Source: a virus. From it: a stretch of DNA of 64,000 nucleotides. Below the pieces are notes generated by a model. The model saw nothing but the letters and a program-made list of their open reading frames with translations, had not been told where the DNA came from and did not search any database. Positions 40,286 through 49,867 of the stretch are shown here, piece after piece. How positions within the stretch are numbered: the first letter of the stretch is position 1; every line of letters starts with the position of its first letter. The stretch is from positions 30,012-94,011 of the IMG/VR virus record IMGVR_UViG_3300031949_000013. The stretch is one strand, 5' to 3'. Position numbers and translations under genes: made by a program.

Positions 40286-40596
40286 AGGCCCGTGCAAGCC
40301 CGGAACAGGTAGACCACTCCTCCAAGGGCTCCTAGAAGAAGCAGAAGGATCACCCCGAGTCTGAGAAGAATCCCCCTCGCGTCCTTCTCGGGGTCGTAAT
40401 CGACGAAACCCGCGTCGAACATCCTAAGAGCTTTCTCTGTGTCCTTCCAATGGAAGACCTTCGAGAAAGTCCTCCGAATCATCCCCTCGTCCATCAAAGA
40501 AGCATGGGTCTTTGTCCACGAGATCAACCCTTCGAGGTCAGCGTTACGAACCCTCTCCCGGCCCTGTTCTAGAACCTCGGCAGACAATTTGGCCAT
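40282..40596 (-). CDS. Small membrane protein
   Basis: C-terminal hydrophobic helix ILLRLGVILLLLLGALGGVVYLF. Confidence 0.65.
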   Translation of the reverse strand: MAKLSAEVLEQGRERVRNADLEGLISWTKTHASLMDEGMIRRTFSKVFHWKDTEKALRMFDAGFVDYDPEKDARGILLRLGVILLLLLGALGGVVYLFRACTGL

Positions 40597-40620
40597 AGCC
40601 ACTAAGTACACCAAAAGAAA

Positions 40621-42033
40621 TCAGTCAGTTCCTTTGATGTTAGCGACAGGAAACATCCTGTGGGCCACCCGGGCGATCCCTGTGACCTCCAGGACTCCGA
40701 GTACCTCGTCCAAGTCCTTGTAGACGTGACCACATTCGTCGAGCGGGGTGTGCTTGTGGTTGCCAACAATGCCCTCGATGGTGACCCCATCAAAGACCCG
40801 TTGGACCGTCTTCATCTCGTTGTCGATCCGGTCCTGCTTGTGCTCCAACTTTCGCTTGGCGTCGCCACGACCCATAAGACGACCTGAGCCGTGGTTGACC
40901 GAGCAGGCTGACTTGTAGGCTCCTGGCTCGGCGAAGAGAATCGCTGCCCCGTGATACATCGACCCTGGGATAAGGCACGGGTGCCCTGTCGTCTCCCAAA
41001 CCGTCCCCACCAGGTCCGGATGTCCGGCCGGAAAAGCCCGGGTCGCACCCTTCCGATGGACAAAGCCCCGCTTGGTCGTCCCGTCAGGAAGGACCAGAGT
41101 CTCCTGCTGGACGAGATTGTGACTGATTTCGTAGTAGACCTCGCCCTCGACCCCAAAAACCTCCTGGAGAGCCTCCTGGACGCCCTGGACGATGATGTGG
41201 CGGTTGGCTATGGCGAAGTTAGCCGCTGAGTTGTGGTGAGCCCAGTAGTCCTTGCCTACCTGCTCATCCATCCGAACCCAGGACTCCTCCCGACGCTTCG
41301 AAGACAGACCCCGAGCCTTAGCCCCTTCGTAGAAGAAGTGCTCGGCTGTCTGCCAACCGTAACCCCGGGAGCCACAGTGGATCATCACGTAGACCTCACC
41401 CGTGTCCCGATCTACCTGCATCTCGATGAAGTGGTTGCCACCACCCACAGATCCGAGCTGCGGAACGACCTTCTTCCGAGCACGCTCAATCTTGTTGAGG
41501 TCAATGTCCTCCGGAACCGCGATGAACTGCCGCTCGCAAAGTTCTTCCTTGACCCCTAAAGCCTTCGCTCCGTGACGAAGAATGTCCTCTGCCTGCTTCT
41601 CGGAGAACTTCGGCATGAACTCCGGGCGTGCTGAGCCAACACCCGTAGCAACACGCTTCTCGACCTCCCGGACCCACCGTTCCCGGTTGTACCATCCTCG
41701 GACGCTCTTGGCCGTGAGCGGAACCTTCATGTACAGAACGCCACACGAGATGTCGTAGCCACTGGCAGCCTGAATGACCGTGTCCTCGGTGACGATTACA
41801 CATCCGACAGGGACGCCGTATCCGAGGTGACAATCCGGAAGAGCATAGGCCCCAATCACGCCCTCGTAGCTCGCTCCATTAGCGAGCTGCGACCACATCT
41901 GCTCTTCAGAGGCGTTGTACAGGGAATCCGAAAGGAAAGCATGGGCCTCGACCTTCATGTTCCCCGACTTCGGGAGCACGTAGTGACCTTCCTCGATCTT
42001 CTGGGCAATGTACTTGAAAGACATGACAGTCAC
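40621..42033 (-). CDS. rtcB: RNA ligase RtcB
   Basis: LPDCHLGYGVPVG, GYDISCG, GGGNHFIE, HCGSRG, SHN, VHRKGAT, HGSGR. Confidence 0.96.
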   Translation of the reverse strand: MTVMSFKYIAQKIEEGHYVLPKSGNMKVEAHAFLSDSLYNASEEQMWSQLANGASYEGVIGAYALPDCHLGYGVPVGCVIVTEDTVIQAASGYDISCGVLYMKVPLTAKSVRGWYNRERWVREVEKRVATGVGSARPEFMPKFSEKQAEDILRHGAKALGVKEELCERQFIAVPEDIDLNKIERARKKVVPQLGSVGGGNHFIEMQVDRDTGEVYVMIHCGSRGYGWQTAEHFFYEGAKARGLSSKRREESWVRMDEQVGKDYWAHHNSAANFAIANRHIIVQGVQEALQEVFGVEGEVYYEISHNLVQQETLVLPDGTTKRGFVHRKGATRAFPAGHPDLVGTVWETTGHPCLIPGSMYHGAAILFAEPGAYKSACSVNHGSGRLMGRGDAKRKLEHKQDRIDNEMKTVQRVFDGVTIEGIVGNHKHTPLDECGHVYKDLDEVLGVLEVTGIARVAHRMFPVANIKGTD

Positions 42034-42165
42034 AGGTTACCCAAAGGGTGCTCCCGAAAGTGGTACAACAGAACTCAGTTTGGATCATTCCAGGGACGGG
42101 ATCTCCTTGCCGGTGAACGACACGAAGACCTGATCCCCCACAGAAAGAACATACACCGAGCATGA

Positions 42166-42200
42166 AAAAAACGGGGCCTACTATCGACTAGCAGGCCCCG
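42166..42200 (-). terminator. Intrinsic terminator after vWA gene
   Basis: Minus strand cggggcctgcta...tagtaggccccg followed by U7. Confidence 0.8.
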
Positions 42201-42206
42201 ATCCTT

Positions 42207-43787
42207 TCACCACTGGGTCTTGCTCTTCGACTGCGAGATCCGATCTTTAAGTCCGGATGACTCCTCGACAGGGGCTTCTGGACTCGTTTGCTGGGGAATT
42301 ACCCACGGGATAGCACCACCAGGGAGGGCACCACCTTCCAAACCCGTAACCGTTTGACCCCCAAAATGGAGGTCGGCTACGGGCTGGACCACTGGCTGAA
42401 CTGTCTGGGACGGCTCCGTGAATGCTGCGACCATGTGATCCATCATGCTGTTGCTGACAGAAACATTGGCACCAATGAGGTCTGCTTGAGCTTCCCCATC
42501 CATGCTGGAGACACCGTAGCCCCTGGTCCCAGCAGACTGAACACTCCGGAGATAACCTGAACTAGAAGCGTAGAGATCTGCTCGACCAACGCGAGCACTG
42601 AGACCTCTCGACATGCCACCGAGACGCTCGTGACCTCGGTTCTGGAGCTGCCTAGCCATCTGTTCCATGAGGTCGGCCGCCGTCTTGTATTCGCCCTTCT
42701 TGGCTTGCTCCTCGGCCTCGATTTGGGCTCGAATCATCTGGGCAAGACCAACAATGGCATCGACTTCCTTGTTCGGCTCCTTCTGGACTTCATCGAGCTT
42801 GACAAAAGTCACCTTGGCCTTGATGTCCTCGGACTTCAGCTCTTTCGCCCCCTCGGCATTGAAAACCGAGTAAACGAGGTGGATGTTGAAGACCGTGGAC
42901 TGACGCGGGAACGCTTGTCCTTGCTTCGAGAACTTCGTGGCGAGGACGATGTTCCGCGTCTCCTCAGCCAGAAGGTCCGAGAGCTTGATCTCGACCTGGC
43001 CAGTAACGTCTTCCTCCTCGGCTTCCACATCGGAGATGACCTTGGTGATCTGGTGGCCGTTCACCGGCTCAACGGTGATTTGGATGTCTGTGGCATAGGC
43101 CGAAAGAAGACCTCCCAGCTCCTTGCCGAAAGCCATCAGGGCCGTATCTGGATCCTTGACGTAAGCGTAGTTGCCTTTGGCCTGCTTCGAGCACTCCACG
43201 AGGAAGTCCTGGTCACAGCCGTTGTAAACTCCACCACCGACGTCTCCGTAGCCGAAGAAAGAGATCGTGGTGGCGCTCGTTCCGAGGGCTTGATTGGTGA
43301 GCTTGAGGATAGCTTCCTTGTTCGTGACGCCTTCCGTCGGCTGACCATCCGTGAAGAAAATGATCCGCTGGACGAAACTGAGTGGCAAATCGAGACTCTT
43401 CATGGTCTCGATAGCTCCGGTCAGACCACCCGAGTAGTTCGTCCCTCCCATAATACGGAGATTGTCGATGGCCGCCCTAAGCTTCTCCTTGAAAGCAGGA
43501 GTCACTGCCTCTGGCTTGACCAGAGGGTGGAAATTGCTCTCAAAAGCCAGGAGCCCACAGACATCCCCGGGGGTGAGCTGGTCCACGAGCTTTCGCACAC
43601 TCCTCTTGGCGTACTCCAGCTTCGAGCCCTTCATGGACCCTGAAAGGTCGATGACCGGGAGAACTGCCAACTTCGGTCGCTGATTCAGCCAGTCGATGGA
43701 AGGGGCGATGAGGGACAGGACGAGATGACCATCCGTATCCTCGGTGTGGTTGATCTTGTCGTAGGGAAAACGTGCCAGAATCTCCAT
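42207..43787 (-). CDS. von Willebrand factor A domain protein
   Basis: MIDAS DLSGSM, GGTN, FFTDGQP. Confidence 0.9.
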   Translation of the reverse strand: MEILARFPYDKINHTEDTDGHLVLSLIAPSIDWLNQRPKLAVLPVIDLSGSMKGSKLEYAKRSVRKLVDQLTPGDVCGLLAFESNFHPLVKPEAVTPAFKEKLRAAIDNLRIMGGTNYSGGLTGAIETMKSLDLPLSFVQRIIFFTDGQPTEGVTNKEAILKLTNQALGTSATTISFFGYGDVGGGVYNGCDQDFLVECSKQAKGNYAYVKDPDTALMAFGKELGGLLSAYATDIQITVEPVNGHQITKVISDVEAEEEDVTGQVEIKLSDLLAEETRNIVLATKFSKQGQAFPRQSTVFNIHLVYSVFNAEGAKELKSEDIKAKVTFVKLDEVQKEPNKEVDAIVGLAQMIRAQIEAEEQAKKGEYKTAADLMEQMARQLQNRGHERLGGMSRGLSARVGRADLYASSSGYLRSVQSAGTRGYGVSSMDGEAQADLIGANVSVSNSMMDHMVAAFTEPSQTVQPVVQPVADLHFGGQTVTGLEGGALPGGAIPWVIPQQTSPEAPVEESSGLKDRISQSKSKTQW

Positions 43788-43983
43788 TGGGAAACCTCCG
43801 TAAAACAGTCGGTGGGTCTATCTCAGATGCAGAACCGGGCGGTTCTCAAATCCTCGACGTTCCTTCGCGATGCCCGCAGCCTTCTCAAGCCCGTAGGCGC
43901 AGTCGGCTGTACAGAGACTCAAACCCAAAGGGCGCAGTCCCTATCTGTTGGCTACCATACACCAGTCGTAGAGTCTGGACAAG

Positions 43984-44020
43984 AAAAATGAGGAAAGGGG
44001 CGATTTTCTCGCCCCTTTCA
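43984..44020 (-). terminator. Terminator-like hairpin after HNH gene
   Basis: aaggggcga/tcgcccctt stem followed by tttttc. Confidence 0.6.
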
Positions 44021-44024
44021 CGTT

Positions 44025-44642
44025 TCACGCTGCCTGGATGAAGGACAACCACTCTTCGGGCGCCCTAGACGGGTCGATGTAGGGCTCCGTCATCGGGAGC
44101 ACCTTCGGCTTCCTGGGTACGCTGAGGAGAGCCATACCTGCTTCCTGAGGAGTACGGTCCTCCTTCTTGCTGTTGCAGGGGTAGCAAGCCATCACAACGT
44201 TCTCCCAGGTCGTGGGAGTTCCCGTGAACCCTTCCTTCCGCCACCGAGACTTCGGCGTGACGTGATCGAAGTTCAGCTTCGAGAGCGGGAGCTTGTCCCC
44301 GCAGTATTGGCACATGAAGTGGTCACGAGCCGCTACGTTGATCTTGCTGAACTTGACTCCACTCTTGTCCTTGCTGACCCGCTTCCGAAGAACAGCAACC
44401 GCCGGCACCATGATGGTGATGGAATCGGCATCCGTCCCGATGACCTGCCGAAGAGCCCTTCGCAGCTCAGGAAACACCGCCAAGTGGTTCCGCCCGATGA
44501 CCGCCAAGACCTCATTGTATTGGACGAGGACTTCAATCTTCCCGGAGAACATCCGAGTCACGGCGTCCTTCCAGTCGATGATCTCGTGGGGCTTGTAGGT
44601 CTGGTTCAGGATGAGAGTTTGAGCAAACGACGAGGACATCAC
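44025..44642 (-). CDS. HNH endonuclease (McrA-like)
   Basis: RDHFMCQYCG, NFDHVTPKSR, WENVVMACYPCNSKK. Confidence 0.9.
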   Translation of the reverse strand: MMSSSFAQTLILNQTYKPHEIIDWKDAVTRMFSGKIEVLVQYNEVLAVIGRNHLAVFPELRRALRQVIGTDADSITIMVPAVAVLRKRVSKDKSGVKFSKINVAARDHFMCQYCGDKLPLSKLNFDHVTPKSRWRKEGFTGTPTTWENVVMACYPCNSKKEDRTPQEAGMALLSVPRKPKVLPMTEPYIDPSRAPEEWLSFIQAA

Positions 44643-44883
44643 ACACCTACCTCATAGGGTTCTCCGGAATACGTCGGGCCGGGTTGGAAATCAACCCTTC
44701 GAGCGAAACTTCGCCAAGTTTCTAGACAGACCAGATCATCAATTTGGCCCATTGGCCAATGCAAGACGACCCAGTCTGCGGGAAAACGAGAGGCCGGAAT
44801 CTTCCGACCTCTCAGGGGCCTCGGCTTCTACACCACCGGCCTCCACCACCTCAACGGCTTTGAAACCGTCAAAGACTTTTTCG

Positions 44884-45216
44884 TGGACTCGCCGGGAATC
44901 GAACCCGGATCCGCGAGACTTCCAGCTAATCTTCGTTCACGTGCGTAGTCACCGTATCCCCGGAGACTGAGTTCTCGGGTTCGGCCGAGACCTACTTTCC
45001 GTGTACTCCTTGCTCACCTACTCGGAACTCCTCGGTGAACCAGCCCTAGTGCTTGCGCCAGTCTTGATACCAGGACGATCTCTCTAGACTGACGGCTCAG
45101 GCCGCGAGGCCGAAAGCAGTTGCGTTGTCGTTCGCAGTTGATACGACCCATTGAAGAGATGGGTGCTCTTGCACGCAGACTATCCTTCTGTTCCCACGTC
45201 GAAACCAATCGAGCCC
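44884..45216 (-). ncRNA. ssrA: tmRNA; tag peptide (A)NDNATAFGLAA at 45097-45135
   Basis: 5' GGGCTCGATTGGTTTCGAC, Ala-like acceptor with G3:U70, 3' T-arm GGTTCGATTCCC, tag ending LAA-stop. Confidence 0.95.
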
Positions 45217-45400
45217 ATGAACCACCGACCATCAACAACTTCAACGAACCTCCTGGATCAGTCAGGTTCTCCATCTCCGGTCAGTGGGTGCTGGTTGCCC
45301 AGCTCTATACGTTCACCAGACAATACGTCCGGGCCGTCATTCAGTCAACCTTCCAGGGAAGATTGATCCGGGGGTCTCCCGAACAGCCTGATCGGCAGGC

Positions 45401-45489
45401 TGGTGGCAACGAAGGGACTCGAACCCTTACGCCCGCTAAGGAGCAGCAGATTTTGAGTCTGCCTTGTCTACCAGTTCCAGCACGTTGCC
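45401..45489 (-). tRNA. tRNA-Leu(CAA)
   Basis: Cloverleaf, loop CT-CAA-AA, long variable arm, CCA. Confidence 0.92.
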
Positions 45490-45599
45490 ATTGTGCGAGT
45501 TGCTCGGTACCGAGCTTCAGGGATTGAACCCATGGGGCCAGCGACGCTGATGCTTTTCCGCTGTTTATCTCGCTACCCTACGCAGTTTCGAACCTGCGG

Positions 45600-45686
45600 T
45601 GCTGACGGCGGGAGTCGAACCCGCACGGCCTCGAAGGGCCACTAGGCTCTCAACCTAGCGTGTCTACCTAATTCCACCACGTCAGC
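45600..45686 (-). tRNA. tRNA-Leu(GAG)
   Basis: Loop TT-GAG-AG. Confidence 0.92.
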
Positions 45687-45954
45687 GGAAGACTCTCAGT
45701 TTCCTCGTGAGATATCCCCGTACCAAATAGCCAAACCATGAAAGTTTCCTTCCTCAACTCCGAACCGGTTCATTGGGATTTGCTTAAACAGCATAGCAAA
45801 AGTCCTGAAGAGCGGGTCAGAAACCATCAGGCCGGGACATCCAGTCTGGATCCTTCTCAAAAGACCCCAACCCTTTGAGTAGGTCGGAGACGGAGGAGAG
45901 TCACCCCATCTTCTAACGAAGACGCCTCTTGCGAGACTATGAGGATTTCTCCGG

Positions 45955-46040
45955 TGTCATCGGGGAGAGTCGAACTCCCACGCCCTTTACAGAGCACCTG
46001 GTTCTGAGCCAGGGTTGTCTACCAATTCCAACACGATGAC
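45955..46040 (-). tRNA. tRNA-Leu(CAG)
   Basis: Loop CT-CAG-AA. Confidence 0.92.
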
Positions 46041-46045
46041 ATTAT

Positions 46046-46211
46046 GGGAAAGAGTCGTCAGGAGCTAGGAGGAGGTTTTCCTTGGGACCGTCGCCTGTAT
46101 CCGATAGTGCCTTGAGATGGAATGGCACCTGTAGTCTGGAGCTGGCTGTGTCCGTAGGAGAGAATTGTTCGCCTCACCTCTTGCGAGGTGTCGGTTTATG
46201 GACTCTTTCCC
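46046..46211 (-). ncRNA. Unclassified structured RNA downstream of DIP1984-like gene
   Basis: Perfect 11-bp terminal stem GGGAAAGAGTC/GACTCTTTCCC with internal hairpins. Confidence 0.55.
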
Positions 46212-46252
46212 GTGAGACACTGGTTGCCCAGCAGTCCCACCTTCAACCCAGG

Positions 46253-46765
46253 TTACTCGAAGAGTCCCGGGTCCAAGTCTGCAATTTCGATCTCACGACC
46301 GTTGCCGGTGTTGATGGCCGCTCGGAAAGCACTCGCTCGCTTACTCGCTTGCTCGGCAAGCTTGGTGCTCTCCTTAACCGAAAGAGTTGCCTCGGCCCGC
46401 TCTTGCGTCGGGTCACGAGTGATCGGCATGTCCTCCATGTACCGAGACCGAGATGGGGCCGGCTTGACCGCACCCCACATCTTCTCGACCCGGCCGGCTG
46501 AGCCGACCCGCTTGATGGCTTCGGCCAGACTCATCGACTCATCACCCACCGTCACGGTGAAAGCGAGGTTGTACTTCATCTGAGCGACCTGGAGACGAGC
46601 GACGGCCAGCTCGGCCTTGAGGTACGTTTCGATGAGACTCTGCGGCGAGTCCTTCTCCTCGTCCTTGAATTTGTGGAGGCTCTCCGGGAACATCTTCTCG
46701 GCTGCACCCTTCCGCAGCTCCCACATCTTCAGTGCTTCTCGCAGTGCCCAACCTGTCGTCTTCAT
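46253..46765 (-). CDS. DIP1984/septicolysin-like helical protein
   Basis: 'LREAL', 'N....V....MSLAEAI', C-terminal 'AINTGN' resemble the DIP1984 family by eye. Confidence 0.55.
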   Translation of the reverse strand: MKTTGWALREALKMWELRKGAAEKMFPESLHKFKDEEKDSPQSLIETYLKAELAVARLQVAQMKYNLAFTVTVGDESMSLAEAIKRVGSAGRVEKMWGAVKPAPSRSRYMEDMPITRDPTQERAEATLSVKESTKLAEQASKRASAFRAAINTGNGREIEIADLDPGLFE

Positions 46766-46833
46766 GATGTCTCCCTATACACCACTCGCTTGGGTCTTGG
46801 ACATCTGAAGGCGTCGAATCTTCGGAACCAGAG

Positions 46834-46911
46834 TAGGCCGCAGTGGAGTTGGACCACTTCCGCCTGTTTATAGGACAGGTGCCAGCAACCGGCCAGCTTA
46901 GGCTACGGCCC
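46834..46911 (-). tRNA. tRNA-Ile(TAT), atypical
   Basis: Loop CC-TAT-AA (C33), T-loop TCCAACT. Confidence 0.7.
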
Positions 46912-46963
46912 GTAAAAGGCGACGTAGCCTCGTATGTTCTCTCTCATGACAACTTCCTTTCAG

Positions 46964-47047
46964 TAGCCCCGGAGGGAGTCGAACCCTCACGCTCGCAAGG
47001 AGCACCGGATTTTAAGTCCAGGGTGTCTGCCGTTCCACCACGAGGCC
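46964..47047 (-). tRNA. tRNA-Leu(TAA)
   Basis: Loop CT-TAA-AA. Confidence 0.92.
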
Positions 47048-47057
47048 ACAGATGTTG

Positions 47058-47131
47058 TAGCGGGTATGGGGATCGAACCCATCAATTCTGGTTTGTAGGA
47101 CCAGCGCTTTCTCCAGCTAGACTCACCCGCC
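47058..47131 (-). tRNA. tRNA-Val(TAC)
   Basis: Loop CC-TAC-AA (C33). Confidence 0.85.
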
Positions 47132-47133
47132 AT

Positions 47134-47397
47134 TCAATCTTCCACTCCGAACTTGAACACCTTGATGGACATGATGACAAAACCTTCAGGTATACCGAAG
47201 CTTCCTCGAAGAGCATAGGTTACCTCTGCACGGATATACCGACCCGTATAGCTCTTGTTCTCTGGAATCCACTCACCTAACTCTAAGGTGTCACCCACCT
47301 GGAAATCTCGATCGTCTTGCCGCCACTCGAAAGTCTTCCGACCGTCCCATAAGGCTTGGAACGGATCGGGCCAAGCCTTGAGCTTGTGGTTCCTCAT
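47134..47397 (-). CDS. DUF3850/ASCH-PUA domain protein
   Basis: HKLKAWPDPFQALWDGRKTFEWRQDDRDFQVGDTLEL..W...YTGR. Confidence 0.8.
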   Translation of the reverse strand: MRNHKLKAWPDPFQALWDGRKTFEWRQDDRDFQVGDTLELGEWIPENKSYTGRYIRAEVTYALRGSFGIPEGFVIMSIKVFKFGVED

Positions 47398-47405
47398 CGT
47401 AGTAG

Positions 47406-47485
47406 TGCTGGGGAAGGGATTCGAACCCTCACGCTTTTGGCGCCGCACCCTAAATGCGGTGTGTCTGCCGTTCCACCACCCCAGC
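47406..47485 (-). tRNA. tRNA-Leu(TAG)
   Basis: Loop TT-TAG-GG. Confidence 0.92.
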
Positions 47486-48019
47486 TCGTTTTCTCCGCTC
47501 TCTACCGTAAAGAGCAATCGAAGTGACTTCTGCCCAACCTTTACCACCACACCAGCCAGGTGTTTGACTATGGCAGTTTGGGCAAATGAACTCTAAGTTA
47601 GAAGGTCTGTCGTCCAGCCAATCCCGGTTCTTGTGATTGACCTGGAGCATCAGAGGCTTATCATTCCACGTGGCGTTCAAGTTACAGGCACTACACTGAT
47701 AGGGGACACCGGATTCAATCAGAGCACGTCGTAACTGGTAAGCTGCTCTCCGATTTCCAGACTCTCGTTTCACTAGAACCCTTCGCCAAGATTTCTTCTT
47801 GGGTCCACGATGATACACTCCTGAGTTGGCCGTTTGGCCTCTGAAGTGTGAAGTGTCTACACCGTATTCTCGAAGTCTTTTAGCTATGAGGGTTTGTGTG
47901 CCTCCGGCCTGACGTAGTCCAAGGATGCGCAACACACCTGCTACCGAGATGGATTGGCGTGCGGCATCCTCAAGTAATTGCTTAGTGTACACACGACGGG
48001 GTGGGTAAGGTCTTGGCAC
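47450..48019 (-). CDS. HNH homing endonuclease; its stop codon is the TAG anticodon of tRNA-Leu
   Basis: CSAC...LQVNHKN...NLEFICPNCHSQT; GTG start at 48019. Confidence 0.85.
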   Translation of the reverse strand: MPRPYPPRRVYTKQLLEDAARQSISVAGVLRILGLRQAGGTQTLIAKRLREYGVDTSHFRGQTANSGVYHRGPKKKSWRRVLVKRESGNRRAAYQLRRALIESGVPYQCSACNLNATWNDKPLMLQVNHKNRDWLDDRPSNLEFICPNCHSQTPGWCGGKGWAEVTSIALYGRERRKRAGVVERQTHRI

Positions 48020-48046
48020 TCTACAATGGCAGAGACCATAACAAGA

Positions 48047-48079
48047 AAACCGCCGCGTCTGCCATTCCGCCACTGGAGC
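48047..48079 (-). pseudogene. 5' half of a tRNA-Leu truncated at the anticodon
   Basis: GCTCCAGTGGCGGAATGGCAGACGCGGCGGTTT then unrelated sequence. Confidence 0.75.
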
Positions 48080-48083
48080 AGGG

Positions 48084-48157
48084 TACGGGACATGGGGATC
48101 GAACCCATCGATTTCCGCGTGTGAGGCGGATGGCTTCACCAGCTACACTCGTCCCGC
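48084..48157 (-). tRNA. tRNA-Val(CAC)
   Basis: Loop CT-CAC-AC. Confidence 0.85.
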
Positions 48158-48177
48158 AAAAAGAATCTCTACACCTG

Positions 48178-48246
48178 TGGCGATGAGAGGACTTGAACCT
48201 CAGCGCAAAAGCTTATGAAACTCCGCTCCCACCTTGGGACACCGCC
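48178..48246 (-). tRNA. tRNA-Met(CAT), probably elongator, short D-arm
   Basis: Loop TT-CAT-AA, GGC acceptor start. Confidence 0.7.
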
Positions 48247-48256
48247 ATTATCTTTG

Positions 48257-48330
48257 CACCCCTGGCAGGATTCGAACCTGCATCTCCTGGCTTAGAAGGC
48301 CAGAGCCCTGTCCAGTTGGACCACAGGGGC
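48257..48330 (-). tRNA. tRNA-Arg(TCT)
   Basis: Loop CT-TCT-AA. Confidence 0.9.
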
Positions 48331-48334
48331 ATGT

Positions 48335-48406
48335 TGGAGTCCCGGGAGGGAATCGGACCCTCGAAGTCGATTTTGCAGACCGACTGCCGACCCATCGAAC
48401 CGGGAC
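48335..48406 (-). tRNA. tRNA-Cys(GCA)
   Basis: Loop CT-GCA-AA, U73, CCA. Confidence 0.8.
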
Positions 48407-48601
48407 ATCTTGGTCGTTTTGGTTCGCAGACGACCTTACTGCGGCCTTCCAAGCCATCAGGCGATCCTTTGCAGGGTGCTTCGGCCGAAGTCCTGATCCC
48501 CAATGGAGAGTCCCATGTTATCCCACTTCTTGGAAGACGACGCACAATCTCTGGTAGCCCTAAGTCTCAACCCAGGGTCAGAGAACGGAGACAAGCTCCG
48601 G

Positions 48602-48672
48602 AGCAGGTAACGGGAATCGAACCCGTGTCTGGACGTTGGCAACGTCCTGCTAGACCTTCCAGCTATACCTGC
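48602..48672 (-). tRNA. tRNA-Gly(GCC)
   Basis: Loop TT-GCC-AA. Confidence 0.9.
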
Positions 48673-48875
48673 ATGCTGCACCTGAAACTAACCTCAGCAC
48701 CGAGGAATTGAACCTCGTCCCCCGGGTTACGCACCCGGTATGCTACCGGCACACTCGCACCAAGTCGAGCTTCAGGTTCCGTCCGGATTGACCTGCCCAA
48801 TGGCAGATCCGGCGGCACGGTCGCCAAGTCTTACGTCCGAAGACATTGCCGTGGAAGGCTCGACAAGGTTCACGA

Positions 48876-48950
48876 TGGAGCGGGACATGGGAATCGAACC
48901 CACCTGGATCTGCTTGGGAAGCAGATGCGGCACCTTGCCGCCTCTCCCGC
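48876..48950 (-). tRNA. tRNA-Gly(CCC)
   Basis: Loop TT-CCC-AA, CCA. Confidence 0.88.
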
Positions 48951-49127
48951 ATTGTGGTGCTTTTTCTCCGGCCAGCTTTCCATGGAAACTAACTGAAGCT
49001 TCGTGGGGTGGCCATAGCACCAAACCAAGTGCTCTGACGTGGTTCCGTAAACCCCGCGTTCGGTGCCCCTTAGCGGGCAGAACATGGTGAGCATCCCACT
49101 CTAGATTCCGAGGAACCTGTAGAATTT

Positions 49128-49239
49128 GAGACGACAAGAGGTGCCGAGAGGTGCCTCCATTAGGCGACCAGGCGAAAGTTGTCTTTGGCGCCCGGTATTG
49201 AAATCGAATCAATTGTACTCCCAAGCTGGCATTCGTCTC
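49128..49239 (-). ncRNA. Y RNA-like 1 (permuted tRNA cargo)
   Basis: GAGACGAATGCC..GGGAGTACAAT, T-like arm, closed acceptor, D-like arm, TTGTCGTCTC. Confidence 0.8.
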
Positions 49240-49241
49240 GG

Positions 49242-49313
49242 AGCGGGTAGGGGGAATCGAACCCCTCGTCGTCTGCTTGGAAGGCAGACACTCTACCATT
49301 GAGCTATACCCGC
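49242..49313 (-). tRNA. tRNA-Gly(TCC)
   Basis: Loop CT-TCC-AA. Confidence 0.92.
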
Positions 49314-49316
49314 GTG

Positions 49317-49859
49317 TCAGACTGACCACAGAAAGTGACCTAAATCTTCTGCCCAGTCCTCGGCGCCTTTGGCCGAAGGATGGATCCCATCGTTGATCAA
49401 TTTGATGCCCAATGGTTCAGCATCGTGAACCCGATCCGCACCACTCTCTCGGATACCTTTGCGAACAGCGTCGATTGGGTAACGTAACTTCGGGGGTAGA
49501 AGCCAAACAACCTGGACTTTACGTCGGTAAGCTAGTGCAACGAGACGCTTGGCTCTCTCTGGAAACTTCATTCGATTCACCGGCACGCCATGATCGTTGA
49601 CGCCCAACGAGATCAAGACCCTGTCGGGCTTGTATTGCCGGAGAGCATCCACGAACCAGTGTTCCTTAATCCACTGGTCCACGTTGGTCCCACCTCGTGC
49701 TGAGGTATGGAGCTTCTTGCCGTACTTCTTGGCAACCCGCCACAACCGAGGAGACAACATGTACGCCAGACTGTCTCCGATCAGGAGCGTCGGTCTCGAC
49801 TCAGACGCTAGAAGCCAGGGACTTATGAGACTGGCCAGAAGAAAAGCACGTCGGTTCAT
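49317..49859 (-). CDS. SGNH/GDSL hydrolase with Tat-like signal
   Basis: MNRRAFLL, IGDSLA, LGVND, DGIHP. Confidence 0.88.
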   Translation of the reverse strand: MNRRAFLLASLISPWLLASESRPTLLIGDSLAYMLSPRLWRVAKKYGKKLHTSARGGTNVDQWIKEHWFVDALRQYKPDRVLISLGVNDHGVPVNRMKFPERAKRLVALAYRRKVQVVWLLPPKLRYPIDAVRKGIRESGADRVHDAEPLGIKLINDGIHPSAKGAEDWAEDLGHFLWSV

Positions 49860-49867
49860 GTTACCGG

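Noticed and set aside
42207-43787. Ro60/Rsr partner for the Y RNAs
   Set aside because: The vWA domain is N-terminal with no preceding TROVE ring; Ro60 has a C-terminal vWA
45490-45598. Additional tRNA
   Set aside because: T-loop-like hairpins only; no consistent acceptor or anticodon arm
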